Source: Tricharina praecox
Taxonomy: Eukaryota
Length of the DNA stretch: 64,000 nucleotides
Direction of reading: 5' to 3'
Assembly: GCF_024521635.1 (NCBI RefSeq)
Contig: NW_026250410.1
Location: 992,001-1,056,000 of the forward strand
The number at the start of each line of letters is the position of its first letter. The stretch's first letter is position 1. The notes below the pieces were generated by a model. The model did no database searches. It had not been told where the DNA came from and saw only the letters and a list, made by a program, of their open reading frames with translations. Below are positions 26,334 through 38,309 of the stretch, one piece after another. A program made the position numbers and the translations under genes.

Positions 26334-29300
26334 AGGAATCTGATCCTCTCCCTCGCTCAGCCACCTGTATGTTTCTCCCCCCTTCCTGTCTCGTTCGTTC
26401 GTTCGACCAAAATCGGCCGATCGGTCTCCAGCGGTGTCGTCGGCCGGTTTGTGGTTCGGGCGTGGGTTGGGTGTGAGGTCTGGCGGCGCCGGCGGTGGTG
26501 GTGGTAGTGGTGGTTGTGGTTGTGGTACTGGTTGTGGTTGGGTTGTGCGCGCGGTGGCCTTAGTCGCTCGCTCGCTCGCGCGTTGGACGTCCACCGCTGC
26601 CGGCCGGCCATGCTTGCTTGCTTGGATGGGCACTGGAGCAGCAGCTAACGTGGCAATCGTCCACTCTTCTTGATGATCGATGCTGCTGCTGCTGCAACCT
26701 AAGCAAAAAAAAAGGGCATCTCATAGCTAATATATCATTTGGCCTTCTCTATAGCCCTGCTGCCTGCGCCCTCATCGCGGCCCTCTTCTCCATCTTTGTC
26801 GTCGCCGTCCCCTGCTCCGCAGCAACAACAACAACAACAACAACCACCCCCGCCTCCTCCTCTCGCTTCTCCTCCTCCCCTAGATCCTACCTCCACCGCT
26901 CCTACCAAACCTCCACCACCGCTTCAGCAAACCCAACCGCCGCCGCTGCCACCGCCGCCACCGCCACCCGCTCCTCCACCTATACCGACCATAGCACTGC
27001 CCGTTGGTACTCCGGCGCCTACGTCTCGCCCTTCGTCACCCGCGCCGTCGCAAGAGATGACCGTTGCTGGCGGGCGGAACTCGCACAAGCGGTCGTCAAA
27101 GAAACAACGTCCTTCTCTACCTGCACACCCAGCAGCAACCGCTCCAGCGGGCCGGCTGCCTCTCGTCTCTCCAGATTTCTACCACACTCCTCCCCCTTCA
27201 ACCATACGCACAAATGCATCCGTGTCGGAGTTAGCACAGCTTGTGAAGTCGCAGGCCTACCATGAACAGAAATACTCGCAGTCCAAACTGCGCCTCCAGA
27301 AATCGCTGATAGCGAATGGAATCTCGGCGCGGTTGACGAGAACGGGCGACCTGTGTCACAGGATGTTGGTGGACCACTTCAAATCGGATCAGAAGTCGGA
27401 GTTTGCCACTCTCTACAATGCGATCCATGATGTGCGCAATTCGTGCGAAGCCAGCCGCCGGTTCGCTATGCTAGAGCCGGAGTTGAACTCTAAGGCTTTC
27501 AAGTCCAACGACGATCAGGATATCCATCCGGCTGGCACCTCGTTCCTCCAGCAGCTGCCTGCTCAGGCGCGAGAAACAATCTTGACGTTCATCCAAAGCA
27601 TTAGATCGAACCCGTCATTCCTCGCTAGTCGGTTGAGTCGCTTGTCCAACTCGGAGCTCGAAGCGCTTTCCCGGTTTCACCATCAACCCAACCCCCAAGA
27701 GTCGATTCTCCCACAGCAGGCCTCGAGACGAGGGACCGGATCGGTGAGGGGTCACCCGCAGTTGGGAGCAATGCCGAGTCCGGTCGAACGGCTCCTTGCT
27801 TTCCACCGTAACGACCCACTGTATACTCTGCTGCACACCGTCTTTGCCAATTCCACCGGACCCGACTCTCCCGAAGACTCGAGAAAATTGGACATTTGGG
27901 CGACCACTTGTGCTAGGTTGATCGCTGAAAACAAGGGAGAGTCGTTTCTGATGTGTGTCATGGATTCGTGGACTGCGATGCGAGAATGGCCGGCCAAGGC
28001 GAATCTGGAGATCTGCATCATGGATCTCGTCCAGGAAGGCTCATTTCTTGTGGAACGAGCCGAAGAACAAGCGACCGGTCGGTCATCGGACGTGCGAGGA
28101 AAGCACGACCTTCTTGCCGAAGAGTTCTGGACCAAGGCCGAGAGGAGACTCTTTGAGGTATTGGACGATGAACCTGGTGCTGGTGGTATTCCGGAAGGTA
28201 TATTGGAGCTGGGACATGCGATTCTGGAGAAGATGGAGGATCCAAAAAAACAGCGCCAAGCCGAGATCATGATTGTCGTGAAATGGTTCTTCAACCGCTT
28301 TCTGGCGAATGGCGTCGCTTATCCAGAGGTAAATTCCGGGCGCATGTCTCACTGTCGTTAATGCTGCTAACCGGACTGAATCATCAGTATCATGGAATCA
28401 TGACTGGTCACCATATCAGCGAACATGCCCGACTAAAGATCCTGCGGCCCGTCCTTAAGAAGATGTACAATCACGCTGTCAGTGTGGTCTTTGGCGATTG
28501 GTATGATTGATATCTCTCTTGGCAGATATAGCCCTCAACGACTGACCTGTAATAGGAAAACCAATTCTCCCGTAGAGCCTGTGATCAGAACTCACATCGA
28601 GAACTTATTGGAGAGATTCCGCTGCCCTCGGCCCATCAATACACCTCCTGTTCTTGTCTCCACCAAGGCTGTTGCATCCCCACCGGAAACATCGGAGGTG
28701 CAACCTTTCCTTGTCGTCAGCCCGGCCGACATCATTACTCTCTGTAATGCTATTTATCCTAACTCTCCCACCACGCAGATAGATCCTCGCGATATCCAAA
28801 AAAGATTGTCTAGTCGAGCATCTTCCCGGATGCAGGCCAAGTCGCCCGGAGGCTTCGATATCGGCGCAGGATCTGTCCTGAGCGATGGCAGTTCTTCTCT
28901 GACTAGCGATACTGCTTCGATAACCGCGCCTCTGTTGGAGCGCGGGAGTTTCCAGGATGATAGACGGTCCTTCATGTCCATCCCGTCGCCTTCACCTTCG
29001 TCTTTCAACATGGCCCCACCTTCTTTGGCAGGAACAGAGACCCCCATGACCATCCCCGAGAAATCGGGCGCTGCCGAGGTCAGGTCGGCGGTGGAAGCCA
29101 TGCGGGGACGACTGGGTTACGATGCTGTCTCTGGGCGTTGTCACCCGTGTGCCGAGAAGTGGGCTGTTATTTACATTTCTCCGGATGGTGAAGAACTGAG
29201 CCTACGGATGCGCAAGGAGTGGGAAGACGATGATGAAGACGACGACAACGACGAACATGGTAGTGAGAGCGAAGACGAGCAGCCTACAGAGCTGGACGGA

Positions 29301-32132
29301 CTCGATCGCGACTACGACCAACTGAAGCAGGCCATCCTGAAGCTGGTTGATGAGTATGAGATTCCCGAAGAGGCCAAGAACGAAGGCGAGCCCGAGGCAA
29401 GACCCGTTCTGAAGAAGACCTTGAGCACCCCCGCCCCTTCGTCGTCTCCCCCAGATTCTCAGCTGGATCCAAGTAATCCATTCCACCAGAGCAATTTGAC
29501 TGCCATGTTTGCCAAGAACCAATCTAGACCGCCTGCTCCCGACAGGTCGCGAGGTGTGCCCAAGGACTTGGAAAAGCCGAAGAGACAACAGCCAACTGGA
29601 CTCCTCGTGACCATGCTCCAGGCTGCATATAGCCAGTGTTACGCCAGGGGAGACTATGTCTCGGCGCAGATGTACTTCCGAGCTGGAATCCAGCTCCGCA
29701 AGGTTGCGCCTTCTTTGCAACGAAACGAGTTCGCCCCCCTGCTTCACATCTTCTCTCACTCCGCCCGCCGAGCCATCGACAAGTGGGCGGCAACGATGGA
29801 CGAATACGAACACTGGTTTGTCTGGGCCGCGCAGGCCAACGAGAGACTTGACTCTTCAATTCAAGATATGATGAAGAAGATCAAGGACCTCCGAGACAAG
29901 ATGTGGTATGTCACTGATGTTCGCAACTCTGCCGCCTACGATGAGGCCAAGAATGTCGCTCTCGCTCTGAAGAGGATGGCCATGCCGCAACCTGCAAAGC
30001 CACCTCCGACGAAGGCTACAAGCCGAGCTACCTTGACGCACCGCATGTCGACAAGCAGTTTCTCTCTCCTCAAGTCGGACACGTTGATCGACATCCTGGC
30101 GGCGACCAACGAACATGGTGGTCCAAACAAGCTTAGCGATGAGCAAGCAGTCATGACCTCGGAATACCTGAGCAAGTACTCGGTCGAGAACTTCTGCAAA
30201 GGTGAAGAACGTATCCATCGGTTCTGCCTGGAAATCGATAAATGTGTTACCAAACTGGTTGGCGATGGTATACTCGACGGGCCTGTCCTTTGGTCGAGCG
30301 AATTGTTCTCGCGTGATGATCGGGAGATGTCCCCTAACCGCCCGAAGGGCGATCTGTACCTTGCCGGAGTGGGCACATTGAGCGTCACAGGTGACGAGGA
30401 CATCGAGCCGGAGCGCGAAGATGGCCGGAGCAGTCGACGGAGCATAGAGATGTTGAGAAGACCGAGCACAAGCGACCTGTTCGGCAGGAATAATAGGTCT
30501 GCAAACCTCGTTGGCTCTCTGCACGATCCTCCGCAAAGCCGTAAAGGGTACACTAGATCGAGCACTGGGCTTATGGATGCGGTGGGCAGACAAGATCTAT
30601 TTGGGATGCCGAGTCCGGCCCTGCCGTCGGAATCGCACAACACGTTCTGGTCGCCGTTTTCGTCTCATATCACCCACACTGCCACTGCGGGGCGGCCGAA
30701 GACGGCGCACTCGCCGACTACCCTACTGAAGACGTCGGAAATGATCACGCAGGAGAAGAAGAAGTTCCTCGCCGAGCTGAAACAGTCGTTGACTGGGCTG
30801 CTCCTGAGCGACCTTGGCCTCGAAGTTTTCAGCCGTGGAAGTGAAACTGACGCATGGTTTTCCGGCGGTTTGGGAGACGACTGCATCCTAAGGAAAGAAG
30901 AGCAGGAGGAGGCCAAACGGAAAGAAAGGGAGAGGGAGAGGAAGAAGTCCAGTTCTGCGGGTGTGCGCAAGGGATTGTCCAAGAAGAAGAGCACCAAAGC
31001 TATGCGCAAGGACAAGGCAGGAGGCACTCTTGAGGCGCTGGGCCTGGGCAAAGATAGGAAGGGCGAACTTGCTGCTCCAGTCGCCACGTTCGAAACAGTT
31101 GGTCGCGAAGCATGCTCAGGGGAGGAGAATTCATCGTCCAGCGATGCCACAGCCCGGTCATCCAAGTTCTCGGTGACGAGGAAGGGTGGTCTAATGGCTT
31201 TCCCCTACGGCCACGCTTTCCGAAGGCTCCTGCTCAAGTTCTCGACGCACCCCAACCCATTCCAGAAGCTTCATGCTCTGTATGAACTGGAACGCCTGAT
31301 CGTTGCGTCGCTTTCTCGACATTCGTCGTCTGATAGGCCAACGCTGCCGCCGCTTCCAACCTCGCCTTTCCTTGATGCAATGGGCGATTCCACTTCCCGC
31401 GTCTCCTGCGTGCAGCTCTCTCAGCCCACCAATATTGAAGAGGCCATCGCTAATCTCGAGGAGCGTCGGTCGAATGCTACTAACAATGGTGGCGTTAATG
31501 GCGCCCGTTGTCCATCGTCGCCGTCTGCTCCTAGCACCGATATGATTGTCGATGTTCTCCAGAGCCTCTTCAGACAGGCTGATATCCGTCCTGCCACTCT
31601 GTTCCGCGATCTTCAGTATGTTGCTGCCTTCGTACCTGCGTCTATCCTGGACATGACGGAGGTGGGCAAAGCCTTCTGGGATGCCGGGCTCGCCGCACTG
31701 GGACTCAAACAGGATGTCTGCCGCACAATGGTCGAGATTGCAGACGCGATCGTCGCCGGAGACGCCAATGGCAGAGAATCCGAAAATGCTGGCAAAGAAA
31801 AGGGCACCGAGAACGCCGACTACCTCCGCTACTCGATGCAGGATGCCGCCAACATGTGGATCATCACCGCTCGGGAAGGAGACCCTACCGCCCAGCGCGA
31901 ACTGGCCATCTTCTACCTGACCAACCCGTCGCTGCTTCCTAGGACCACAAAGCCTCTGTCCAAGCCGAAGGACACTTTCCGGCCCGACATGATGGTTGCC
32001 AAGGGAGAAGACCCCGAGAAGAGGGATCCTGCTACCATGTGTGTTGCATACCACTGGATGGAGCTGTCCGCCCAGGGAGGCGACGAACTGGCGCGTAAAT
32101 ATCTGAGGTCTCAGCGAGAGGAGTGGGCTTGA
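26330..32132 (+). CDS. Large protein with RasGAP-like N-half, divergent VPS9-like domain and C-terminal SEL1-like repeat (GAPVD1/RME-6-like candidate); exons 26330-26366, 26755-28328, 28388-28500, 28556-32132 (1766 aa)
   Basis: ORFs joined by canonical introns (5301 nt spliced). Domain calls come from motif resemblance described in the findings. The first exon is less certain than the rest. Confidence 0.85.
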
Positions 32133-33276
32133 TTCTGTTTTTGTTTTATTTTCTTCCTCATTTCCCCTTCCGTTACTTTCCCCTTTCGCTTTCGTTTTCT
32201 TGATTCCTCTCATGTTCAAAAAGTTTAACGGTTTCGGTTAGACTGTGACGGCGTACTATCTGCTTGGTTTGGAACAACATGGACATGATCCCTTTACCAC
32301 GCATGTTTATCTTCTAGTTGTTTATTTCCGTTTTCTTCTTCCGGGTTGCTTTCGTTCCGGGAGCATTCGCAACCGTTACTTTACTTTGCTTTATATCCAG
32401 TGAATTAGGTCCCCTTTACCTTCTTCTTTCTCTTCAGACGAGCAGCATTTTTTTGTTCGGGTTTCACATTATTCGCTCTTGCGAAGGAGTTTGTAATTCT
32501 TCAGGGCATTGATTGGAGTTTTTGCATCTCGTTTTTTCGTTTTTTGTTTTTCGTTTTTCCTCGGTGCTTTCATTTCATGTCTTTCATGTCTTACATAGGC
32601 CGCCTTTGGCATCATACATTCTGTGATTATCATCCCCCCATTGCATCGTTATTCTTGTTCCTGTTTCTGTTCTCGATACCGTGTGTTTTTTATATAATCG
32701 TTGTTTCTGTTTCCTCGGTTCCTGTTTCCTTTCGTGGGAGCAGCTTGTGTGTGTGTGTGTTCACTTTTGCTTCTATTCTAGACTTTCAGGTTTAATACCC
32801 CCCCTTTTTTCTTTGATTTCTATCTCATCTCATCTCTCCATACAACTGTGATATCGATCTCAGCACTAGTTTTCATTTATGACCTGTTACGAACCTGTTA
32901 CGACCACGAAGTTTCTTTACGACTGTTATGAGCTCGATTCTGTTGACACGATGGCTACGATTTCTTTCTCTCTTCTCTCTTCTCTCATAGTAAAGCTGGA
33001 GTATTGGATGGCAGTGTGGCAAGGGAATGGACGGTGGAAACCTTCTCTTCTGAACTATACGGGAATCAATACATTCTTTTAGTTGCTCACCCGTGGTCCC
33101 TCATCCGCACAAAACCTGAACCCTAGCCCCTAGCCCACCACATTCGGGTAGGGTAGCCTCCATGACGGCCTCCACCTCTCTCATACTCTTAAAAAGTTCC
33201 AGTTCCAGTTCCAGCTCCGGCACCTTGCCACGCACCTCCGACCGGAACCACTCACGCCGTCGCTTGCCCGTACGCC

Positions 33277-34064
33277 ATGCTCGGTCCACGCCTACTCGGT
33301 GTCCTTCGGGGACCCTCCGTCACCGCCGCCCGCACGCCGTCACTGCTGCTCCGCTCATCAATCCTCTCCGCCACCACTGCCTCCCCGCTCAAGGCCCTCC
33401 GTACCACCACCCCACCACAAACCATGGCGGTCCTGAGCACAATCCAGGCTCGTCACGCTTCGCACGCCACCTCCGGCCGCGCCAATAAGGCGAAGGACGG
33501 GCCGGGAAAGCGCCTGGGTGCCAAGAAGACCGCTGGTACCTTATCCCCTCCCCCATCCATCCCCCCTCCGTCTGCCCTCCCCGCTGACCCCACCCCCACC
33601 ATCCAGGCGAAAAAGTCGTAACCGGCATGATAATCTACCGCCAGCGTGGGACAGTGTGGTACGCGGGCGAGAACGCGGGCATGGGGCGGGACCACACGAT
33701 CTTCGCGATGGCGCCGGGTTTCGTGCGGTACTACAAAGACCCGTTGCATCCCTCACGGCAATTCATCGGGGTCGCGCTCCTCGAATCGCAAGTCCTCCCT
33801 CGTCCCCTCAACGCGGCGCGCGTGCGCCGCCTCGGGCGCATAGAAGTCCCGCTGGAGAGGCAAAGGGAAACGGTACCGTTCGGTACACCGCTCAAAAAGA
33901 GTGACTCGGAGGCCAAGGATGGGTTCTATGTCTATAGACCCCCGAATTGGAAAATTGGACGCACCATGCCGAAGGTGGAAGTGAAGAATAATAATCCCTT
34001 CGCGAGGTGGCAGAAGAAGGGGAAGAGAAACGCGGCGTATAAGAGGCGGAAGGGGATTGCGTAG
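33277..34064 (+). CDS. MRP7: Mitochondrial large-subunit ribosomal protein bL27m, exons 33277-33535, 33607-34064 (238 aa)
   Basis: Presequence, then [52 protein letters not shown] (L27 signature). Confidence 0.92.
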
Positions 34065-34697
34065 GCGGGCGGTGATGAGGGAAGGTGGGGGTGGGGGGGA
34101 TGGGAGGGGGGAAGGGAAGAGAACGGGTGTATTTTTAGAGGGCATTGGAGCAATATACTTGGTGCTGTTCGTTCGTTTGTTCTGGTACAGCTGCTTCTGC
34201 AGCACTCTGTGGGTTGCTGATGCTGATTCGGAAGAAAGGAATTGGCATGGAATGGAGTGGCTACTACCGATCATGGTGATATCCGATGTTTGGCGAGGTG
34301 TATACAAACAAGGCTTCAGCCAGTCCATCTCAAGGCCAGGGATCGGACTATGCAGCCGTTATTCTCTGGCCTCCCCTTGATCGCCATCACACGACAGTCC
34401 AGTCGCCCGCGCGGAACAAGCCCCTCAACTTTCCCGAGCAGTGCAAGATCGGCGTGCACGTTAGTACTCTACGTTACAGCATGACCGCGTCATGGCCGCG
34501 GCTTCGGCCACGGGAGGATCGTGGTAACATTGACGTCACACGGCCATAGCAACAGCAACAACCACCACTGCCACGATAAAGCGAAGTGAAGCATCCGGCC
34601 AGTCAATGCAAGACTTGACTTGACTTGACTCCCCTCTCCTTCGCCCGTACAGGATATAGATATAACTACCCCCCACAGCAATCCCACCCCCATTCTC

Positions 34698-35482
34698 ATG
34701 AGACCACCATCGCGACTCTTCACCAACTTCATCCGCACCGCTACTCCGGTCAGCACCAAACAGCACCAGCAAATCCGGCGCCTCACAACCACCGCCACCA
34801 TGTCCGCCGACACCCCGCACAACAACGACTCCGACACGAGCGGGCTGCCGGAGGCTCACAAGCGAATCGTGCACCGCAACCGAATGGACCGGCCTCCCTA
34901 CTCCGCCGCCCCCGGCGGCTCTTCCCCCTTCCCCACCGTCCTCACGGCCTCCTGTTTCTGCTCCACAGTGCAATACTCCCTCTCGCGCTCCTCCCCGCTG
35001 GACGCAAAGTTCTGCCACTGCAGTACCTGCCAACGCTTACACGGCGCGCCGTTCCAGTGGGCGGCGATAGTGCACAAGACCGACGTGCTGTTCACGAAAG
35101 GCCGCGAGGACCTGGTCTACTACAACCCTGGCGAGAAGAGTAGTGAGTACACGCTGCCGTGTAAAGTCGCCTGTAAACGGTGTAGAACCCCGATCATGGA
35201 TGAGGGGAGGAATATGCTACTGCTTTTTCCGACGCTTATCAGGTTTGGGGGGGTGGCGGAGAAGAGGAAGTGGTATCCTTCGTAAGTTGGCTGTGGATGG
35301 GAACGGGGAAGGGGGCTGATGCGGAAAATAGGTGTCATATTTTTTACGCGCAGAGAGCGGTCGATATAGTCGATGGGCTGCCGAAGTTTGAGAAGCATAA
35401 GGATGAGAGCGACTTGATGCCTGAGACGCTGAAGGAACATGATAAAGATGGGACGGGGAGGGAGGAGAAGGCCGAGTTGTGA
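34698..35482 (+). CDS. GFA/CENP-V (Mss4-like) zinc-binding protein, exons 34698-35281, 35332-35482 (244 aa)
   Basis: ASCFCSTVQY, CHCSTCQRLHGAPF, CKRCRTP and HIFY..DIVDGLPK motifs; canonical intron. Confidence 0.88.
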
Positions 35483-36903
35483 GTGGGTGGTGTGGGGCGT
35501 GGGGTGTGGGGTGTGGGGTTCTGCATAGAGAACGAATCTATCTGTTTATACATGTCAAACGGCGAGTGAGCGAGTGAGATATTGTGAAATTTCATCTGCC
35601 AGTAGAGGTGAAAAGTAGATAGGAGGTAAATACGCTGCTCCGGCAGTGGTGGTGCTTGGTGGAGGGGTTTATTCTATTGTAATGGTCCATAAAGCAATGT
35701 ATCGTATTGTACAGCAGTCTGGAGCATGCTGGTTATGCGCGACAAGCGAGTGACGCTGGCAAGAACGACCGTGGTGGCGAAGGTGCGATGCTACCTCACA
35801 CTCGTTATGCACACCGGGAACGATTGGAAGTTTGGAACCTCACCCAACCCGCGCGATGGATCAGTGTGTCAGTGTTCAGAATCCAAATGCAAAGACGAAG
35901 AGGTTCAGCTCCATAGATGTTCAGACTGGTGCGGTGGTGGAGATGTTTTTTCTATGCGGGCTTTCACGATGGGGTTCTCCTACTAGCACATACTGCTGTG
36001 AGGAAGAGGAGTGTTCATATTCCGTTTTAGTGATAAAGATCTAGATCCAGATCCAGGGGGTAATATGGTGATGGTGTTGATGGGATACGGTATGGTAGGT
36101 ACGGTACAGAACGAGTGATGGAAGACGGTACAAAAAATACTATGGCCAGAAGCACTGTAGACCACCGCTTGAGAAAGTAGAGACTTGATGGACGGTGGCC
36201 CACAAAAACACAGACTATGATAGTATAACTCGATACCTACCGCAAACGGACGTCCATCAACGGTCGGTACTCTAATACCGGTAGGAGATGAAGAACGGTA
36301 TACGGTATATAGTAGACACGCAGATTACCCCGGAAAAAAAACGGAAGGAGCTTGAGCCGTACGAGATACGCAGTTACTACATGTAGGTAGTGCGTAAGAA
36401 CCTTATTGACTGAGTACGGTGCATGTTCTAGCAATGAAGTTATGAAGTTAAAGGTCCATGAGCTTTGAAGTGTTTATGTAGTCGGAAGGACGTAATCTAA
36501 CACCCAGATCATCAAGTACCTACTTTGGATAGTTGTCCCTGGAAGCTATCCCGAAGTTTAAGTAACCATAAAATTTGAACTCGGAAGCGACTTCTGCCGT
36601 TCACCAGTACTATACGTAAGTATTTCGTTGCATGCGTCTGAAAGAGCGGTGAACAAAAGGCCTTTTCAAATACCAGCAGTGCAGTGCAGTGCAGTTCCAT
36701 CTTCCGTTCCTCACAGCAGCCGTCGGAACACAAACCCTTCGTCCCCCGCCCCTCGTCCCTCGCTGATCCCCTCACAGAGTCGTAGCACTCACGATCTCAC
36801 GATAAGCTTTGCTTATACTCCACTCTCGAAATCCACTCCCGGCTGCATATATGCCGATCGCCGCAGGCTCCTAGAATCTCCCCTAGAATCTGGTCGATGA
36901 GTC

Positions 36904-37028
36904 TTCTCAGTCCTCAGTCCTCAGTTCTCCGTTCTCAGTTCTCAGTTCTCAGTTCTCCGTTCTCAGTTCTCAGTTCTCCGTTCTCAGTTCTCAGTTCTCA
37001 GTTCTCCGTTCTCCGTTCTCCGTTCTCC
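36904..37028. repeat. Degenerate heptamer minisatellite (TTCTC[A/C]G)n, about 17-18 units
   Basis: Directly visible; encodes a spurious SSQFSVL-type ORF. Confidence 0.9.
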
Positions 37029-38289
37029 GGCTTCGCCGTGGATCTATCGTTCACATATATAGGGGCTCGCATATCTACTGTAGTTATATACACGTGCTGG
37101 CGCTTAAGCCTTAAGGAAGGTGCATTCTGTAGTTATGTTGTCTGTATGTATCTATCCCCACCGCGCGCTACCCGGGAGCCTTGGTGTATGTAGTAGTGCT
37201 ATCACGGTGCAGTAGGACTAGGACCGTGGGTTAGAGTAGAGTACATTTACTAGTTTTCTTCCAGATATTTAGGGGGGCAGGGGAGACAGATGGGAGAGAG
37301 CAAGGAGACGGTTCGAGCTGAAGGTGGAGCTGAAACGTGAGATGAAGGCGGTGGAAGCATGCACAAGTACTTACAAAGGTAGGCATGGGCGCGAGGATGG
37401 GATGGGGAAATCGGAATTGGGAGAGTTTCGGGGAAAGTATTTGACATAAGTAAGGACGATGTTAATCATGTTATCGCCGAGTGACGTAATATGGAGCTCC
37501 TACCACCCCATATGTACACTCGGGATTTCGGTTGGTTGTCTGGCGCGCGGGTAGGGGGAAAAAGTTAAAACTCAGTTCGCGCTCCACGGGTGGAAAAGGT
37601 ATTGGAGAGAGCGCGACTTCGAGGAGAGGAGAGTACGGTTCGATATCTGCCAGATTCCGAGTCACTTGGGCCACGCCCCATATGCGCTGCAGACGCATCG
37701 TCGACGACGGATGAGCGCGGGTAGTATCTGCTTAATGTACGTCGGTACACGCCATCGCGAGTTCACGAAAGATGAAGCAATGAGACGGAAGCGGCGGCAG
37801 CCGTTGCGCTGTTCAGCTGTTCCGTGATTCTGCAATACCACGCATGTATGTAGGAGGCAGACGAATGTAAGATATAGAGTGTCTATGAGTCGTGAACCCT
37901 GGTGCCGGTGCCGGCGCTCAATGCCCAATGCCCATATCCATATCCATGCCGTGGAGGTGAATTTAAAGTTGTCTGAGCTGCTGCAGGCGTAGGTACCTAC
38001 ATAACTAATCATATCAACGGGTCAGCATGCTTTCTTCGGACACGAGCTCGGGCATGCGTTGGAGATATACAAAGCTGACCTGCGTATCTCTCCTGAGTCC
38101 TGGCTGCCGCGTTTTCCCACGGGGTGGCATTTGCGGGAGTGGCCCCCCCTCCCCGCCCCCTCCTCATGTTGCCGTAGGCCTAAGCTCGATCAGTCACTCG
38201 GTAGTTAAACTCCACTTATTCGGTTTGGTTTATTTTTTGCCGTTGCGATTTTCTTTGTTTTCTTTTTTTTTTTTCTTCTTTCGTTTTTC

Positions 38290-38309
38290 GGGGGGGGGGG
38301 GGGGGGGGG
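38290..38309. repeat. G20 homopolymer embedded in T-rich flanks
   Basis: Directly visible. Confidence 0.9.

Noticed and set aside
33119..33158. ACCCTAGCCCCTAG / GGGTAGGGTAG upstream of MRP7 as Homol-E or telobox-like promoter elements
   Set aside because: Short, imperfect matches that cannot be distinguished from chance without comparative data.
35707..36044. Short Cys-containing ORFs downstream of the GFA gene
   Set aside because: No signal peptide or motif, and overlapping frames are equally plausible.
36904..37028. Repeat arrays as CRISPR-like elements
   Set aside because: Eukaryotic context, contiguous heptamers without unique spacers, and no cas genes.
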